Source: Eledone cirrhosa
Lineage: Eukaryota
Direction: 5' to 3'
NCBI GenBank assembly: GCA_964016885.1
Contig: OZ024744.1
Coordinates: 60,078,001-60,142,000 of the forward strand
DNA length: 64,000 nt
Position numbers and translations under genes: made by a program. Positions 1 to 14,054 of the stretch are shown here, piece by piece. Numbering within the stretch: position 1 is the stretch's first letter; the number at the start of each line of letters is the position of its first letter. The notes below the pieces were generated by a model. It saw only the letters and a program-made list of their open reading frames with translations, made no database searches and was not told the origin of the DNA.

Positions 1-34
1 CCAGCAGTATTTGGTTGACAGCCAGGTCCCTGCT

Positions 35-372
35 GCTGAGCCAGGGAGCACCTGCTGGGTGAGAGTCTGTCACATTACTTCCAGTTTCCACTTCACCGTT
101 ATTCGAACTGTTTAGGTTCGACATTTAAACACTCTTATCGAGGATTGGTGAATGTATGGTTACATAACCATCGGTGATTTCATCACCCCCGGTGATTTTA
201 GTGTGGCACTATCACGCTGTAGACGAACATAAATAAACAAACAAACAAATAGGTAAAAAAAAACAAAAAAGAATAAGCATAAGTTTCATTGTAATGTAAT
301 GTTTGAATGTCTGGCTTAGTTTTTTTTTTTTTCCTTCTCTGTCTGTCTGTTTGTTTTTCTTTTCATTTTTCT
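35..372. repeat. ~340 bp segment repeated at 5035-5390, associated with the Tx1 5' region
   Basis: Direct similarity seen, e.g. GCTGAGCCAGGGAGCACCTG...CACTCTTATCGAGGATTGG...GCATAAGTTTCATTGTAATG. Confidence 0.8.
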
Positions 373-634
373 TTTCTTTACGTTTTTCGTTGTTGCTGTG
401 CTGTTTTGATTTTGATTTTTTTTTTTGATTTTTTGACCGGGTCATCAAATCAGTCTATTTATATCTTTTGATGCCTTCCTCTTTTAGTGGGGGTATTACG
501 ATGCATGTCTTAGCAGGAGGTAGTGGGAGAGAATAGCGGCGGTAGCGATAATGAGGCAGTGGTGGTGGTGGTGTGATCGTAGTACTGTAGTGATGGTGTT
601 GAAGTTGAAGTAGAAATAGAAGTTGAGGTAACTT

Positions 635-789
635 GTCTCCCCCTATTGGGGAATTTTTCATTGTTATTTTTTTGTTACATCCTCTGTTTTTGTTTTTTAC
701 ACGCAGAAATGCCCATTTGTACCGTCCTGTATTTTCCTGTACTGTCCTTAATGTCTACTTTATGTAAACCCTTGTGGTTAATAAAGAAA

Positions 790-791
<2 letters not shown>
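635..791 (+). mobile_element. 3' UTR fragment of the Tx1-like LINE
   Basis: Matches 11096-11264 and is followed by (ATT)n. Confidence 0.88.
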
Positions 792-827
<36 letters not shown>

Positions 828-831
828 GTTG

Positions 832-1463
832 TTATTCCTTGAATCTCAGTCATTGATGTTGGTTAACTGGAAAGTCCGTTGGATTGAATATCAAGCCACT
901 ACCTGCAGCCTCAGATATTCAGGACGTATCGGAGGGTTCTTGCTGTTCCAAGCAAGCATGCCTTTTGAAGCGTTCCAAAAAGCGTGGCCAGGCCAATTTT
1001 CTTTAACCATCCCTGGAAACTTTTTGAGATAGTCCCCAGTGCGCCTATGACAATCGGGATCACTTTGACTTCATGGCAGTTCCAAATCCTTTTTACCTCC
1101 CACTTTAAGTCCTGGTATCGGTTAATTTTCTCCCTCTCCTTCTCTTGCACTCTCGTGTCGAATGGGCAGGCCACATCCACAATCAGACACGATCTTTTTT
1201 CTTTGTCCACAACCACCAGGTCAGGTCTATTGTGTTCCAGTTTCTTGTCCGTCTGTATCCTAAAATCCCACAGCACCTTCACCTGATCGTTCTCCATCAC
1301 CGCCTCTGGCTTATGCTCATACCATTTCTCAGAATGTGGTAAATCGTTTACTTTGCACAGGTGCCAGTGGATCACCCTGCCCATCACATCATGTCTCCAG
1401 CCCTTATAGTGGGTCTGGGCTAGGTGTTTGCACTCGGATACAATGTGAGCCACAGTCTTCTCA
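832..1463 (-). mobile_element. R4/Dong-clade non-LTR retrotransposon 3' end (restriction-like endonuclease)
   Basis: ORF 911-1471 has HIVSEC..RHD..NRPDLVVVDK..IVDVACP..EKINRY..PIVIGALG (PD-D/ExK RLE). Tail runs into (TAA)n on the minus strand. Confidence 0.9.
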
Positions 1464-1469
1464 GTCGTC

Positions 1470-3791
1470 ACTTCAACGACCTCAGGTCACTAAACATAAA
1501 TGTGTGAAGCTTTCCAGCGACACTTCGCCCAGCTGTTCGGGGGCAGCGGCGGGACGTATCGAGGGATGGACCTTCGTGTCTACCTCGACGGACTGCCACG
1601 GCTCTCGGCCACTGAGGCGAAGTGTTGCGAAAACCCGATAACAGGCGCTGAAGTACGGGAGGCAATGACTGGCTGCAGAAGGGGTAAATCGCCTGGTTTG
1701 GATGGTCTGCCATATGAACTTTACGTACAGATGCCAGACTTGTTCGGAGGCCTCTTGGCGGACGTCTACTGCAACTGGCAACAGAACGGGAGAATTCCCA
1801 GTTCTGTGAGCCGAGGAGCGGTGGCACTGCTGAGAAAGGATCCAAACAAGAGGGATAACATAGATAATTTCAGGCCCATAACTCTGCTAAACACAGAGTT
1901 CAAGATTTTGACCAAGGTGCTAGCAAAGGGGTTGGCGCTTGTCGTTGGTGGTTTGGTGGGAGAGGCGCAGACGTGCGCCATTCCCGACAGATCCATCCAC
2001 GACAACCTCCACCTCATGCGATACATCGTAGAGAGGGTAGCTAGGGAATCTTGCACGGGTGGGTCCTTGATCAATTTAGATCAGTCGAAAGTTTTCGATA
2101 GGGTCGACCATCGTTATCTGGCGGCAGTCCTGAGGGCGGCTGGCTTTGGTCCCGTCTTCAGAGGCTGGATCGCTGCCATGCACACGTCTGCTCTGTGGTG
2201 AGAGTGAACGGTCACCTTTCGGAACCGTTCAACATCATGCGCTCGGTCCGCCAATCATGTCCCCTCTCATCCCTCTTGTACATTTTGACTCTCGAGCCAT
2301 TACTGCACAACCTGGAGACGTTGAGGGGGTCCCGCGGGAACTAGGATGCGGAAGATCCGTGTCAGCATATGCGGACGATGTCACCGTAGTGGCGTCGAAC
2401 GCCAAACACATCGAGGCAATCGGCACTACACTAAGAGAATACGAAGCGGTGACAGGAGCAATGATCAACCAGGAAAAGTCAGTGGGCCTGCAGCTCGGCA
2501 CCTGGAAAGGCAGGTCCATGCCGTCCAACAGCATCGTCGGGCGCTGGACGGACGGACCGGTTAAATTGCTAGGGGTCTGGTTCGGTCCGGACCTCCAGAC
2601 GGACAAAAACTGGGACGAGGTGACGAGCAGGGTGGCTTCTCTCACCCAGAAATGGGCGGAGAGGAAGCCATCCCTGAAAGCTCGAGCTGAAGTGGCTAAC
2701 GCGTACATCGCGTCTGTCATCTGCTACCGCCTGACCGTCGTACCTTGTCCTAAGCCCCGCCTGACTGCGCTGGAGCGTTTGCTCTTTCGCTTTTTGTGGA
2801 AGGGACGCGCTCCGATGGTCAGGCGGTCCATCTGCTGTCAACACTCGCTATGTGGAGGGCTGGGAATGCCGTGACTGATGATGTGCAGACACGCGCTCAG
2901 ACGACGACATCTCCACCTCTTCCTCGACGGTGATCAGGTGTGGTCAGAGTTTGCTAGACACGTATTTCCCCAGCTCGTTTCCTTGACGGAGCAGCAGTCC
3001 TGGGTCAAGCGAAGACCGAGAGGGAGCGCCTGGAGACTGGAATGTCTTCAGGCGCTCACTGCCCTCTACCAATCGGGCAATGTGATCGGTGGAAACTCCA
3101 CCTCGGCGTTCTATAGAGGATTCTTGGAGGGGATGAGCGACAACGTACTTGGGGAAACTCTAGGCGTCGACGAAAATCAACTAGCCAATCTCTTCGGAAG
3201 AACTTTCGGGCCGGGACCTATGGACAACTTCCAGAAATCCCTGGCCTGGCAGTGCTACCGGGGAGCTTTGCCAGTTCGGGATAAACTCTACAGGCATGGA
3301 GGTGCCGTCAGCCGGGTATGTCCGAGATGCGCGCAGGGCGACGAAACCGTATGGTGGACACGTTTGAAAGGGCTGAAGACGAGCACTTACCTCTTCGGAG
3401 ATGCCCTGATTAACTTTTTCAAATTTCATTTGAAAAGGAAAATCAGGGTAGAGAGGGAAGTGCTCTCTTCCCAGCATTTTGTTGAAAGATGGGTGAGAGA
3501 AGCAAGTATGGCCCGAGTGAATGGGCCTACTCTGAGTATGTGTCTGTAAATTAAAGGTGGAAAACTGGGAGAGGGCACTTACCCTGATGGTCAGGGTCAC
3601 TGTGGTCTTTTAATGTGCTTTCTCCACAAATGTCCCCCAGAAGTCTCCCCCCTATTAGGGAATTTTTCTTTGTTATTTTATTACATCCTCTGTTTTTTTA
3701 CACGCAGAAATGCCCATTTGTACCGTCCTGTATTGTCCTGTACTGTCCTTAATGTCTACTTTATGTAAACCCTTGTGGTTAATAAAGAAAA
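1470..3791 (+). mobile_element. 5'-truncated, internally deleted second copy of the Tx1-like LINE
   Basis: Closely matches 8951-11264 and retains SAYADDV. The first ~28 bp match 7843-7870. Ends in (ATT)n. Confidence 0.92.
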
Positions 3792-3822
<31 letters not shown>

Positions 3823-4949
3823 GTTCTTTGAGTCTCAGTCATTGATGTTAGTTAACTGGAAAGTTTGTTGAAATGAATATCAAGCCACTACCTGCAGCCT
3901 CAGATATTCAGGACGTATCGGAGGGTTCTTGCTGTTCCCAGCAAGCATGCCTTTTGAAGCGTTCCAAAAAGCGTGGCCAGGCCAATTTTCTTTAACCATC
4001 CCTGGAAACTTTTTGAGATAGTACCTAGTGCGCCTATGACAATCGGGACCACTTTGACCTCATGGCAGTTCCAAATCCTTTTTACCTCCCACTTTAAGTC
4101 CTGCTATCGGTTAATTTTCTCCCTCTCCTTCTCTTGCACTCTCGTGTCGATTGGGCAGGCCACATCCACAATCAGGCACGATCTTTTTTCCTTGTCCAAA
4201 ACCACCAGGTCAGGTCTATTGTGTTCCAGTTTCTTGTCCGTCTGTATCCTAAAATCCCACAGCACCTTCACCTGATCGTTTTCTATCACCGACTCTGGCT
4301 TATGCTCATACCACTTCTCAGAATGTGGTAAATTGTTTACTTTGCATAGGTGCCAGCGGATCACCCTGCCCATCACATCATGTCTCCAGCCCTTATAGTG
4401 AGTCTGGGCTAGGTGCTTACACTCGGATACAATGTGAGCCACAGTCTCCTCTCTCTCTCCACAGATACTACACAGTGAGCTAGCCTCCTCCTTGTAAATA
4501 TGGTGTTTCAACCACTTCCTTTTGAAGGCCTGCTCTTGCGCAGCCATTAACATTCCTTCTGTAGCCTTTTTAAGGTCTCCTCTTTTCAACCAGTTCCATG
4601 TCTGTGGATCTCTGAATTCAGTTTTCTCAAAGAAGGTACTATGAAGGGATTTTTCATGAAGGGTGCTCTTTCTCCTTGTTGTTATTTCCTCCTTGGACAT
4701 CCCTAGTCTATTGTCCTCTCCTTCAGTACAATTCTGAGCATTGGCTCCTTACTATCAGTCACGTATTTGTGTAGGTTGTTTTTCTCCATCTGAACACAGT
4801 CCTCTATGCTGATAAGACCTCTTCCACCTTCAGATCTCCTTAGGTAGAGTCTATCGACATCACTCCTCTTGTGGAACATGTTGTAGATAGTCAATAGCTT
4901 CCTAGGCTTCCTATCCATTTCATTTTGTTCAGCAACATTCCATCTCAGA
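3823..4949 (-). mobile_element. R4/Dong-clade LINE, 5'-truncated, same family as 832-1463
   Basis: DRLYLRRSEGGRGL, CSICGEREETVAHIVSEC and RLE motifs, with stops. (TTA)n on both sides. Confidence 0.9.
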
Positions 4950-5638
4950 ATTATTATTATTATTATTATTATTATTGAATGCTATGGTTGACGGAGGCTC
5001 GGCTCTGTAAGGTATTGTAAATTTTGAACGCTATGCTGAGCCAGGGAGCACCTGTTGGGTGAGAGTCTGTCACATGACATTCTTGTCTCCATTTCACCGT
5101 TATTCGAACTGTTTAGGTTCGACATTTAAACACTCTTATCGAGGATTGGCGAATGTATGGTTACATAACCACCGGTGAATTACTTGTCTCCGGTGGTTTC
5201 GTCACTCCACGTGACTTTTGTGTGGCATTATCACGCTGTAGACGAACCCAAATAAACAAACAAACAAACAGGCAGAAAAAACCCCCAAAATGAATAAGCA
5301 TAAGTTTCATTGTAATGTAGTGTTTGAATGTCTGACTTAGTTTTCCCTTCCCTTCTCTGTCCGTCCGTTTGTTTTTCTCTTCATTTTTTTTATTTTTTAT
5401 TATTATTATTATTATTATTGAATGCTATAGTTGACGGAGGCTCGGCTCTGTAAGGTATTGTAAATTTTGAACGCTATAACAATTGTAAATTGTTTAAAAA
5501 TTTAACCAACTTGTAGACAAAAACACCCTCCTCCTCGTGAGAGGGGTCTTTCTGTCCGTTATTTGGCCCTTTGGGGTTAAATAACTGCTTATTGGGGTTT
5601 TGTGCCCAATATTTATTTTAAACAAAAAAAAAAACAAC

Positions 5639-7738
5639 ATGGCTACGAAAAAGAATTTTCATAGGTCACTCCCACTCATTCCGTCTTCTCCTTCCTCAAT
5701 CGTCACTACAGCAGAGAGAAGATTGTCTCTCTCCCTCCCTTCTCTAAATGTGTCTCTCTCCCTCCCTTCTCTTTCGCAAGCGACGACAGAAAAGAAAAGT
5801 CTCGTGCAAAGCGTGCAAGGTTTCTCCACGACGACGACGACAGCGACGAAACAGGTGTGCGGGAAATACGAAAACCCATTTCATTCGTCTGACGTCAGGA
5901 ATAATAGCAGTAGCAGCCGTAATAACAACAGCAACAGTGACAATGAAAACAACAGTAGCAGCCGCAACAGCATCAGCAGCAGCATAAACAACAACAGCAT
6001 TAGCAGCAGCAACAACAACAACAACCACAGCAACAGCGGCGGCGGCAGTAGTCGTAGTACCTGCAGCAACAACAAAAGTAACAGCAGCTCTGACGACAAC
6101 AACAACAACAACAGCAGCAAAGAAAAACCAATCTCGTTTGCAGGTATCGCGAAGAACCTGGAAACAATTCTCATAACAAATGAGGAATTAGAGGAAGCGA
6201 AGAAGATGGTGACAAAAACTGGACACCGAGCAATCTGCAAGGCAACGGAAAAATGTTTCGAAACCCAACAGCACTGTACGGTCACGTACCGTACAGTAAG
6301 TACAAAATCCCGTAGGGTTGAAAGAGCCACAGAGACTCAAATACAAAAAGCCTTGGGGTCTGTGTGGCAGCGGAAAACGCACATCACCCGAGGCAAGAAA
6401 TATGCCACCGTAGACGTACTTTTTGCCACACCCCAGGAGGCAAAGGCTCAATCCGTAGTGACCCTAAGGAGCGAGGAAATGGTGTTGGTGCCCTCCTACT
6501 GCGGGAAAAAAATTGTGAGGGTCAAACTGACCCACGCCCCCGGGATGGCCCCTTCTTGGCTGGCCGCGTCTGTCCTCGTCGGAATCGAGGACAAAACAAC
6601 TGTACTGCAAGTACAGAAAAAAGTAAGAGAAGATTGGGTCGGCACCTCCATTGAGATGTTAATCCAAACCAACCAGGAGTGCATCGCAGCTATCCCGGAT
6701 GTGATAGACTTCGATAACGGCACTCAACTGCCCATAAGTGTTGAGGGCAAACGCCCGAAATGCTTTCGCTGTGGATCGAAGACTCACCTCAGGGCCTTCT
6801 GCAACGAGAAGACCCCGAGAAAGGAGAAAACCCCCCTCCTTCCGAAACCGGCTCCACGGCTACCAGCAACAGGACAAGCGGCAACCAGGAACGATAGGTC
6901 CGTGGCACCCATACCCACGCCACGGAAATCAAAAACAGCAGCAGTGGAAGTATTAACAACAACAACAGCAATACCAAATGCAGCTGCAACAGAGACTCCA
7001 GTGCAAACATCACCAACAACAACAAGTGAAAGAGTGGAGCTGGTACCCCTCCCCGACCTCACAGAATCAGACATGGTGTGTGAGGTGGGAGAGGGATGGC
7101 AAAAGGTCGTAAGAAGGCACAAACGCAGAAGCAGCGCATCGTCGCCTTTGAAAAGGGAGGAAAGAAATGAAAAAAGGGTAAAGTCTACTGCAAAGAGACT
7201 CACAGCAGCAACACCACCAACACCATCACCACTCACACTAGCACCACCATCACCACCGGCGACAACCCCACCGCCAACAACACCTTCAACACCACCACCA
7301 CAAGCACCAACATCGCAAACACAACAACAAAACACACACACCCAGCAACAACGACAAGAAAATAGCAGAACCACACCCCACCCCCAGAAAAACAAATGCA
7401 CGGCAATAAATACACACAACAAGAAACTAATGACTTACATAATTGAACACACAGACATTTCACAACACGACTACATAATACCAGCACCAATCAAAACGCC
7501 AACTAACATAAGACTGCTAAAAATAGCACAGAAACAATACACAAACATTAAAACGAAATTCCCCAACGCAGTTGCTGATTTCAGAGACCTAGGAGGAACT
7601 ATCAACCGAAGAGTATATTCGGACATACTCATAGAAGAGCCGACGACCAGCCGAAGGGACGATTCAACGGTCCCTTCACCAGACGATCAAGTGAAAAGGG
7701 ATGGAAAAACCATCCCTCCTCTACGAAAAGTACGGTAA
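5639..7738 (+). CDS. Tx1-like ORF1 (gag-like nucleic-acid-binding protein)
   Basis: Open ~699 aa from ATG 5639, with zinc knuckle CFRCGSKTHLRAFC and Ser/Asn- and Pro/Thr-rich tracts. Lies directly upstream of ORF2. Confidence 0.85.
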   Translation: MATKKNFHRSLPLIPSSPSSIVTTAERRLSLSLPSLNVSLSLPSLSQATTEKKSLVQSVQGFSTTTTTATKQVCGKYENPFHSSDVRNNSSSSRNNNSNSDNENNSSSRNSISSSINNNSISSSNNNNNHSNSGGGSSRSTCSNNKSNSSSDDNNNNNSSKEKPISFAGIAKNLETILITNEELEEAKKMVTKTGHRAICKATEKCFETQQHCTVTYRTVSTKSRRVERATETQIQKALGSVWQRKTHITRGKKYATVDVLFATPQEAKAQSVVTLRSEEMVLVPSYCGKKIVRVKLTHAPGMAPSWLAASVLVGIEDKTTVLQVQKKVREDWVGTSIEMLIQTNQECIAAIPDVIDFDNGTQLPISVEGKRPKCFRCGSKTHLRAFCNEKTPRKEKTPLLPKPAPRLPATGQAATRNDRSVAPIPTPRKSKTAAVEVLTTTTAIPNAAATETPVQTSPTTTSERVELVPLPDLTESDMVCEVGEGWQKVVRRHKRRSSASSPLKREERNEKRVKSTAKRLTAATPPTPSPLTLAPPSPPATTPPPTTPSTPPPQAPTSQTQQQNTHTQQQRQENSRTTPHPQKNKCTAINTHNKKLMTYIIEHTDISQHDYIIPAPIKTPTNIRLLKIAQKQYTNIKTKFPNAVADFRDLGGTINRRVYSDILIEEPTTSRRDDSTVPSPDDQVKRDGKTIPPLRKVR

Positions 7739-7773
7739 GTGGTCTTTCCCATCTTTTCCACTCTATTTTAAAC

Positions 7774-10700
7774 ATGACCTCACTCAGAATAGGCAGCATA
7801 AATGCGCGTGGCTTGGGGTCGTCATGGAAGCAGGATCACCTGCTCAATGACCTCAGGTCACTAAACATAGATGTAGTGGCTATCAGCGAGACCAGAATCT
7901 CCGAAGCACGGGCCTTCGCACCGATCTTCGGCGGCTACGATGTGTACGCATCTCCCAGCCGTCCTGGATCGGGGGGAGGAGTTGCTGTGCTTTTTCGGAG
8001 TGGTTTGGATCTCGCCATACGGGCAATCTTCCTGGACCCCGAGGGTAAGTTGGTGGTGCTGGACGTGACCAGCGGAGACGGGCAAGCTTTCAGGCTAGTG
8101 TCCGTCTATGCCCCGACAGGAGCAGGGCGGCCTGATTTCTTCCGGCGTCTGGAGACCTTTCTTGGAACGTCCCGCTCTTTAGTGTTAGTGGGCGACTGGA
8201 ACGGGATCTTAGATGCACGCTGGGACTGTGTGGGATTAGAGGATAGGAGTGGAGGGTGCAAGAGCCTCACCAACCTGCTCAGGCGTTTTGAACTGTCTGA
8301 CAGGTACCGATTGGATATCCCGAATGTGCCAATGTGGACTTGGACAAATCGCATAGGGTCATCCAGATCATATCTAGATAGAGTATTTTGTAGGGAAATA
8401 GATAGGTCTAGCATAGGCTGTCCACAATTCAAGATAGTCAGCTACACGGACCACAAATTCGTGATCTGTGTGCTTGACTTAGATAGGCTTCATAGACGAG
8501 GACCCGGCTACTGGAAGCTAAACGCGTCCTTACCAGCGCGCAAGGCCTACAGAGACCGGATTAGCGAACTAGTTAAGCGGGCGTTGACGGGGGCCATCGT
8601 CAACAACAAGTGGTGGTTTGCTCTGAAAAGAAGGATTAGAATAGAATCGATTAGGTTTAGTAAGACTTTAGCAATAGAGAAAAATAGAGCAGAGGGAGAA
8701 CTAGTTAGAAAATTAGACGAGGCGCTTAGCAAAGGCATTGCGACCGACGTGCTTGCGGCGAAATTGGCCCTTGACCAATTCTTCAATGCAAAGCACGAAG
8801 TCTGCATTGTCAGAGCAAGGGTGCGTGCTCTCAGACACGAGGGGACGAAAGCCGTTCAATGGGCCCGAGTGGCGGAGGCGCGTCGTGGCAACAAAGCCAC
8901 GATCCGGTCTTTGGTGGACCACGACGGGCGCATGCTACTCGATCCCGGGCAAATGTGTGAAGCTTTTCAGCGACACTTCGCTCAGCTGTTCGGGGGAAGC
9001 GGTGGGCCGGGTCGAGGGATGGACTTTAGTGTCTACCTCGACGGACTGCCGCGGCTCTCGGCCACTGAGGCGAAGTGTTGCGAAAAGCCGATAACAGCCG
9101 CTGAAGTAAGGGAGGCAATGACTGGCTGCAGAAGGGGTAAATCGCCTGGTTTGGATGGTCTGCCTTATGAACTTTACGTACAGATGCCAGACTTGTTCGG
9201 AGGCCTCTTGGCGGACGTCTACTGCAACTGGCAACAGAACGGGAGAATTCCCAGTTCTGTGAGCCGAGGAGCGGTGGCACTGCTGAGAAAGGATCCGAAC
9301 ACGGGGGATAACAGATAATTTCAGGCCCATAACTCTGCTTAACACAGAGTTCAAGATTTTGGCCAAGGTGCTAACAAAGAGGTTGGCGCTTGTCGTTGGT
9401 GGTCTGGTGGGAGAGGCGCAGACATGCGCCATTCCCGACAGATCCATCCACGACAACCTCCACCTTATGCGATACATCGTAGAGAGGGTAGCTAGGGAAC
9501 CTGGCACGGGTGGGTCCTTGATCAATTTAGATCAGTCGAAGGCTTTCGATAGGGTCGACCATCGTTACCTAGCGGCAGTCCTGAGGGCGGCTGGCTTTGG
9601 GCCCGTCTTCAGAGGCTGGATCGCTGCCATGCACAGCGACATCTGCTCTGTGGTGAGAGTGAACGGTCACCTGTCGGAACCGTTCAACATCATGCGCTCG
9701 GTCCGCCAAGGATGTCCCCTCTCGTCCCTCTTGTACGTATTGACTCTCGAGCCATTACTGCACAAACTGGAGACATTGAGGGGCGTCCCGCGCGAACTAG
9801 GATGCGGAAGATCCGTGTCAGCATATGCGAATGTCACCGTAGTGGCCTCGAACGCCAAACACATCGAGGCGATCGGCACTACACTAAGAGAATACGAAGC
9901 GGTGACAGGAGCAATGATCAACCAGGAAAAGTCAATGGGCCTGCAGCTCGGCACCTGGAGAGGCAGGTCCATGCCATCCAACAGCGTCGTCGGAGGCTGG
10001 ACGGACGGACCGGTTAAATTGCTAGGGGTCTGGTTCGGTCCGGACCTCCAGACGGACAGAAACTGGGATGAGGTGACGAGCAGGGTGGCTTCTCTCACCC
10101 AGAAATGGGCGGAGAGGAAGCTATCCCTGAAAGGTCGAGCGGAGGTGGCTAACGCGTACATCGCGTCTGTCATCTGCTACCGCCTGACCGTCGTACCTTG
10201 TCCTAAGCCTCGCCTGACTGCGCTGGAGCGTTTGCTCTTTCGCTTTTTGTGGAAGGGACGCGCTCCGATGGTCAGGCGGTCCATCTGTTGTCAACACCCG
10301 CTACGTGGAGAGCTGGGAATGCCGTGGCTGATGATGCGTAGGCACGCGCTCAGGCTACAACATCTCCACCTCTTCCTCGACGGTGATCAGGTGTGGTCGC
10401 CGTTTGCTAGACACGTATTTCCCCAGATCGTTTCCTTGACGGAGCTGCAGTCCTGGGTCAAGCGAAGACCGAGAGGGAGCGCCTGGAGACTGGAATGTCT
10501 TCAGGCGCTCACAGCCCTCGACCAATCGGGCAATGTGATCGGTGGAAACTCCACCTCGGCGTTCTATAGAGGATTCTTGGAGGGGATGAGCGACAACGTA
10601 CTTGGGGAAACTCTAGGCGTCGACGAAAATCAACTAGCCAATCTCTTCGGAAGAACTTTCGGGCCGGGACCTATGGACAACTTCCAGAAATCCCTGGCCT

Positions 10701-11002
10701 AGCAGTGCTACCGGGGAGCTTTGCCAGTTCGGGATAAACTCTACAGGCATGGAGGTGCCGTCAGCCGGGCATGTCCGAGATGCGCACAGGGCGACGAAAC
10801 CGTATGGTGGACACGTTTGAAAGGGCTGAAGACGAGCACTTACCTCTTCGGAGATGCCCTGATTAACTTTTTCAAATTTCAATTGAAAAGGAAAATCAGG
10901 GTAGAGAGGGAAGTGCTCTCTTCCCAGCATTTTGTTGAAAGATGGGTGAGAGAAGCAAGAATGGCCCGAGTGAATGGGCCTACTCTGAGTATATATCTGT
11001 AA
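7774..11002 (+). pseudogene. Tx1-like ORF2 (APE endonuclease + reverse transcriptase), disrupted
   Basis: APE motifs SINARGL, ISET, VGDWN, YLDRV, TDHK; RT motifs KSPGLDG, RPITLLN, DQSKAFD, RQGCPLS. Frameshift at ~9310, YADD reduced to YANV, TAG at ~10700, truncated C-terminal CCHC. Confidence 0.92.
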
Positions 11003-11262
11003 ATTAAAGGTGGAAAACTGGGAGAGGGCACTTGCCTTGGTGGTCAGGGTCATTGTGGCCTTTTACTGGGCTTTCTCCACAAATGTCCCTCCGAAGTCTC
11101 CCCCCTATTGGGGAATTTTTCATTGTTATTTTCATTGTTATTTTTGTTACATCCTCTGTTTTTGTTTTTTTACACGCAGAAATGCCCATTTGTACCGTCC
11201 TGCATTGTCCTGCACTGTCCTTAATGTCTACTTTATGTAAACCCTTGTGGTTAATAAAGAAA

Positions 11263-12699
<1,437 letters not shown>

Positions 12700-13056
12700 T
12701 ACATTAAAGTGGGAGCAAAGAATTTCTGTTTTCACCCTACACAGGATCTTCTGAAACTGTGGAAAATCAGTCTGTAGACGTAGAAGTAAATATTAAAAAC
12801 AACATTACGACCAAAAGAATACAGGAAGACATAACTGTAGTACGTGAAAAACTTCTTTTGAGATGGGCAAAAAATATGCAATGATAATTACGTCATTATG
12901 TGGAGCGAGAAGAACAATTTCTTGCTATGAAAAAAAAAAACAAGGAATCATTTCCAGCTACCATATATGGAAAATCTATAATACAGGGAGGAGTGCAGGA
13001 CAGCGTCCGTTTTATTTTTTTTTTTATTCCGTTAGTAAAATAAGTTGGATTACTTT

Positions 13057-13647
13057 GAATAAATAATTGTTTCTACTTTTGGCACAAGGCCAGCAATTAT
13101 TCTAGTATATTACTGGTACTTTATTTTATCGACCCGGGAAGGATGAAAGGCAAAGTTAACGTTAGCGGGATTTGAACTCAGTCCGTAAAGGATAAATAAT
13201 TAATAAATAATTGTTTCTACTTTTCGGCACAAGACCAGCAATTATCCCAGTGTATTACTGGTACTTTATTTTATCGACCCCGTAAGGATGAAAGGCAAAG
13301 TTAACCTCAGCGGGATTTGAACTCAGATCATAAAGGGCTGTAACTCTTTGCTGTAAAGCATGGCGTCCGACCCTCTACCGACACTGCCAATCCACCGCCC
13401 TGAATAAATAATTGTTTCTACTTTTGGCACAAGGCCAGCAATTACCCAGTACATTACTGGTACTTTATTTTATCGACCCCGTAAGGATGAAAGGCAAAGT
13501 TAACCTTTATATATATTCTTATATATATAATTGTTTCTACTTTAGGCACAAGGCCCAGCAATTACCCAGTGCATTACTGGTACTTTATTCTATCGACCCC
13601 GTAAGGATGAAAGGCAAAGTCAACCTCGGCGGTATTTGAACTCAGAA
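13057..13647 (-). mobile_element. Head-to-tail array of four tRNA-derived SINE copies (one full-length at ~13203-13400)
   Basis: Minus strand shows A box TGGCAGTGTCGG, B box GAGTTCAAATCC, body TTTGCCTTTCATCC..GGGTCGATAAAATAAAGTACCAG and tail GTAGAAACAATTATT. Confidence 0.85.
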
Positions 13648-13863
13648 TTGATTTGAATTCTTATATATATAATGATTGCTTATTTTCAGACTCACTTAAT
13701 TTTCAAGTGTGAATACTTCCAGTTATGATATAACGGACGCTATATCATATCGCTTATATAAGCGTTCATATATTTGCATCGTTATATAAGGTTTATATTT
13801 CTGTCGCTAATTTTCTCCTCTCTCATTTTCATTACATATATATACAATCTTTGTATTTATTAT

Positions 13864-13953
<90 letters not shown>

Positions 13954-13983
13954 AGTTCAAAAGATGGTTAAAAGAGTTCCAAG

Positions 13984-14054
13984 TATTTTATTATGCGCAT
14001 TTCAAAAACAAATATCGTCATGGGATGATATTTGCCTTCTCATTAGATAAAATA
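13984..14054 (-). ncRNA. Type I hammerhead ribozyme motif with core mutation (CUAAUGA), in a decayed PLE 3' region
   Basis: Minus strand: TATTTTAT-CTAATGA-GAAGGCAAATATC..GATATTTGTTTTT-GAA-ATGCGCAT-A-ATAAAATA. Confidence 0.7.

Larger units (their letters stand above)
5420..11264 (+). mobile_element. Near full-length L1/Tx1-clade non-LTR retrotransposon flanked by (TTA)n
   Basis: ORF1 with CCHC knuckle and ORF2 with APE+RT. The 3' end CCCTTGTGGTTAATAAAGAAATC is followed by (ATT)n, and the 5' end abuts (TTA)n at 5398-5419. Confidence 0.92.

Noticed and set aside
5744-10173. Antisense and overlapping ORFs within the Tx1 element
   Set aside because: Shadow frames of the GC-richer TE coding sequence with no motifs.
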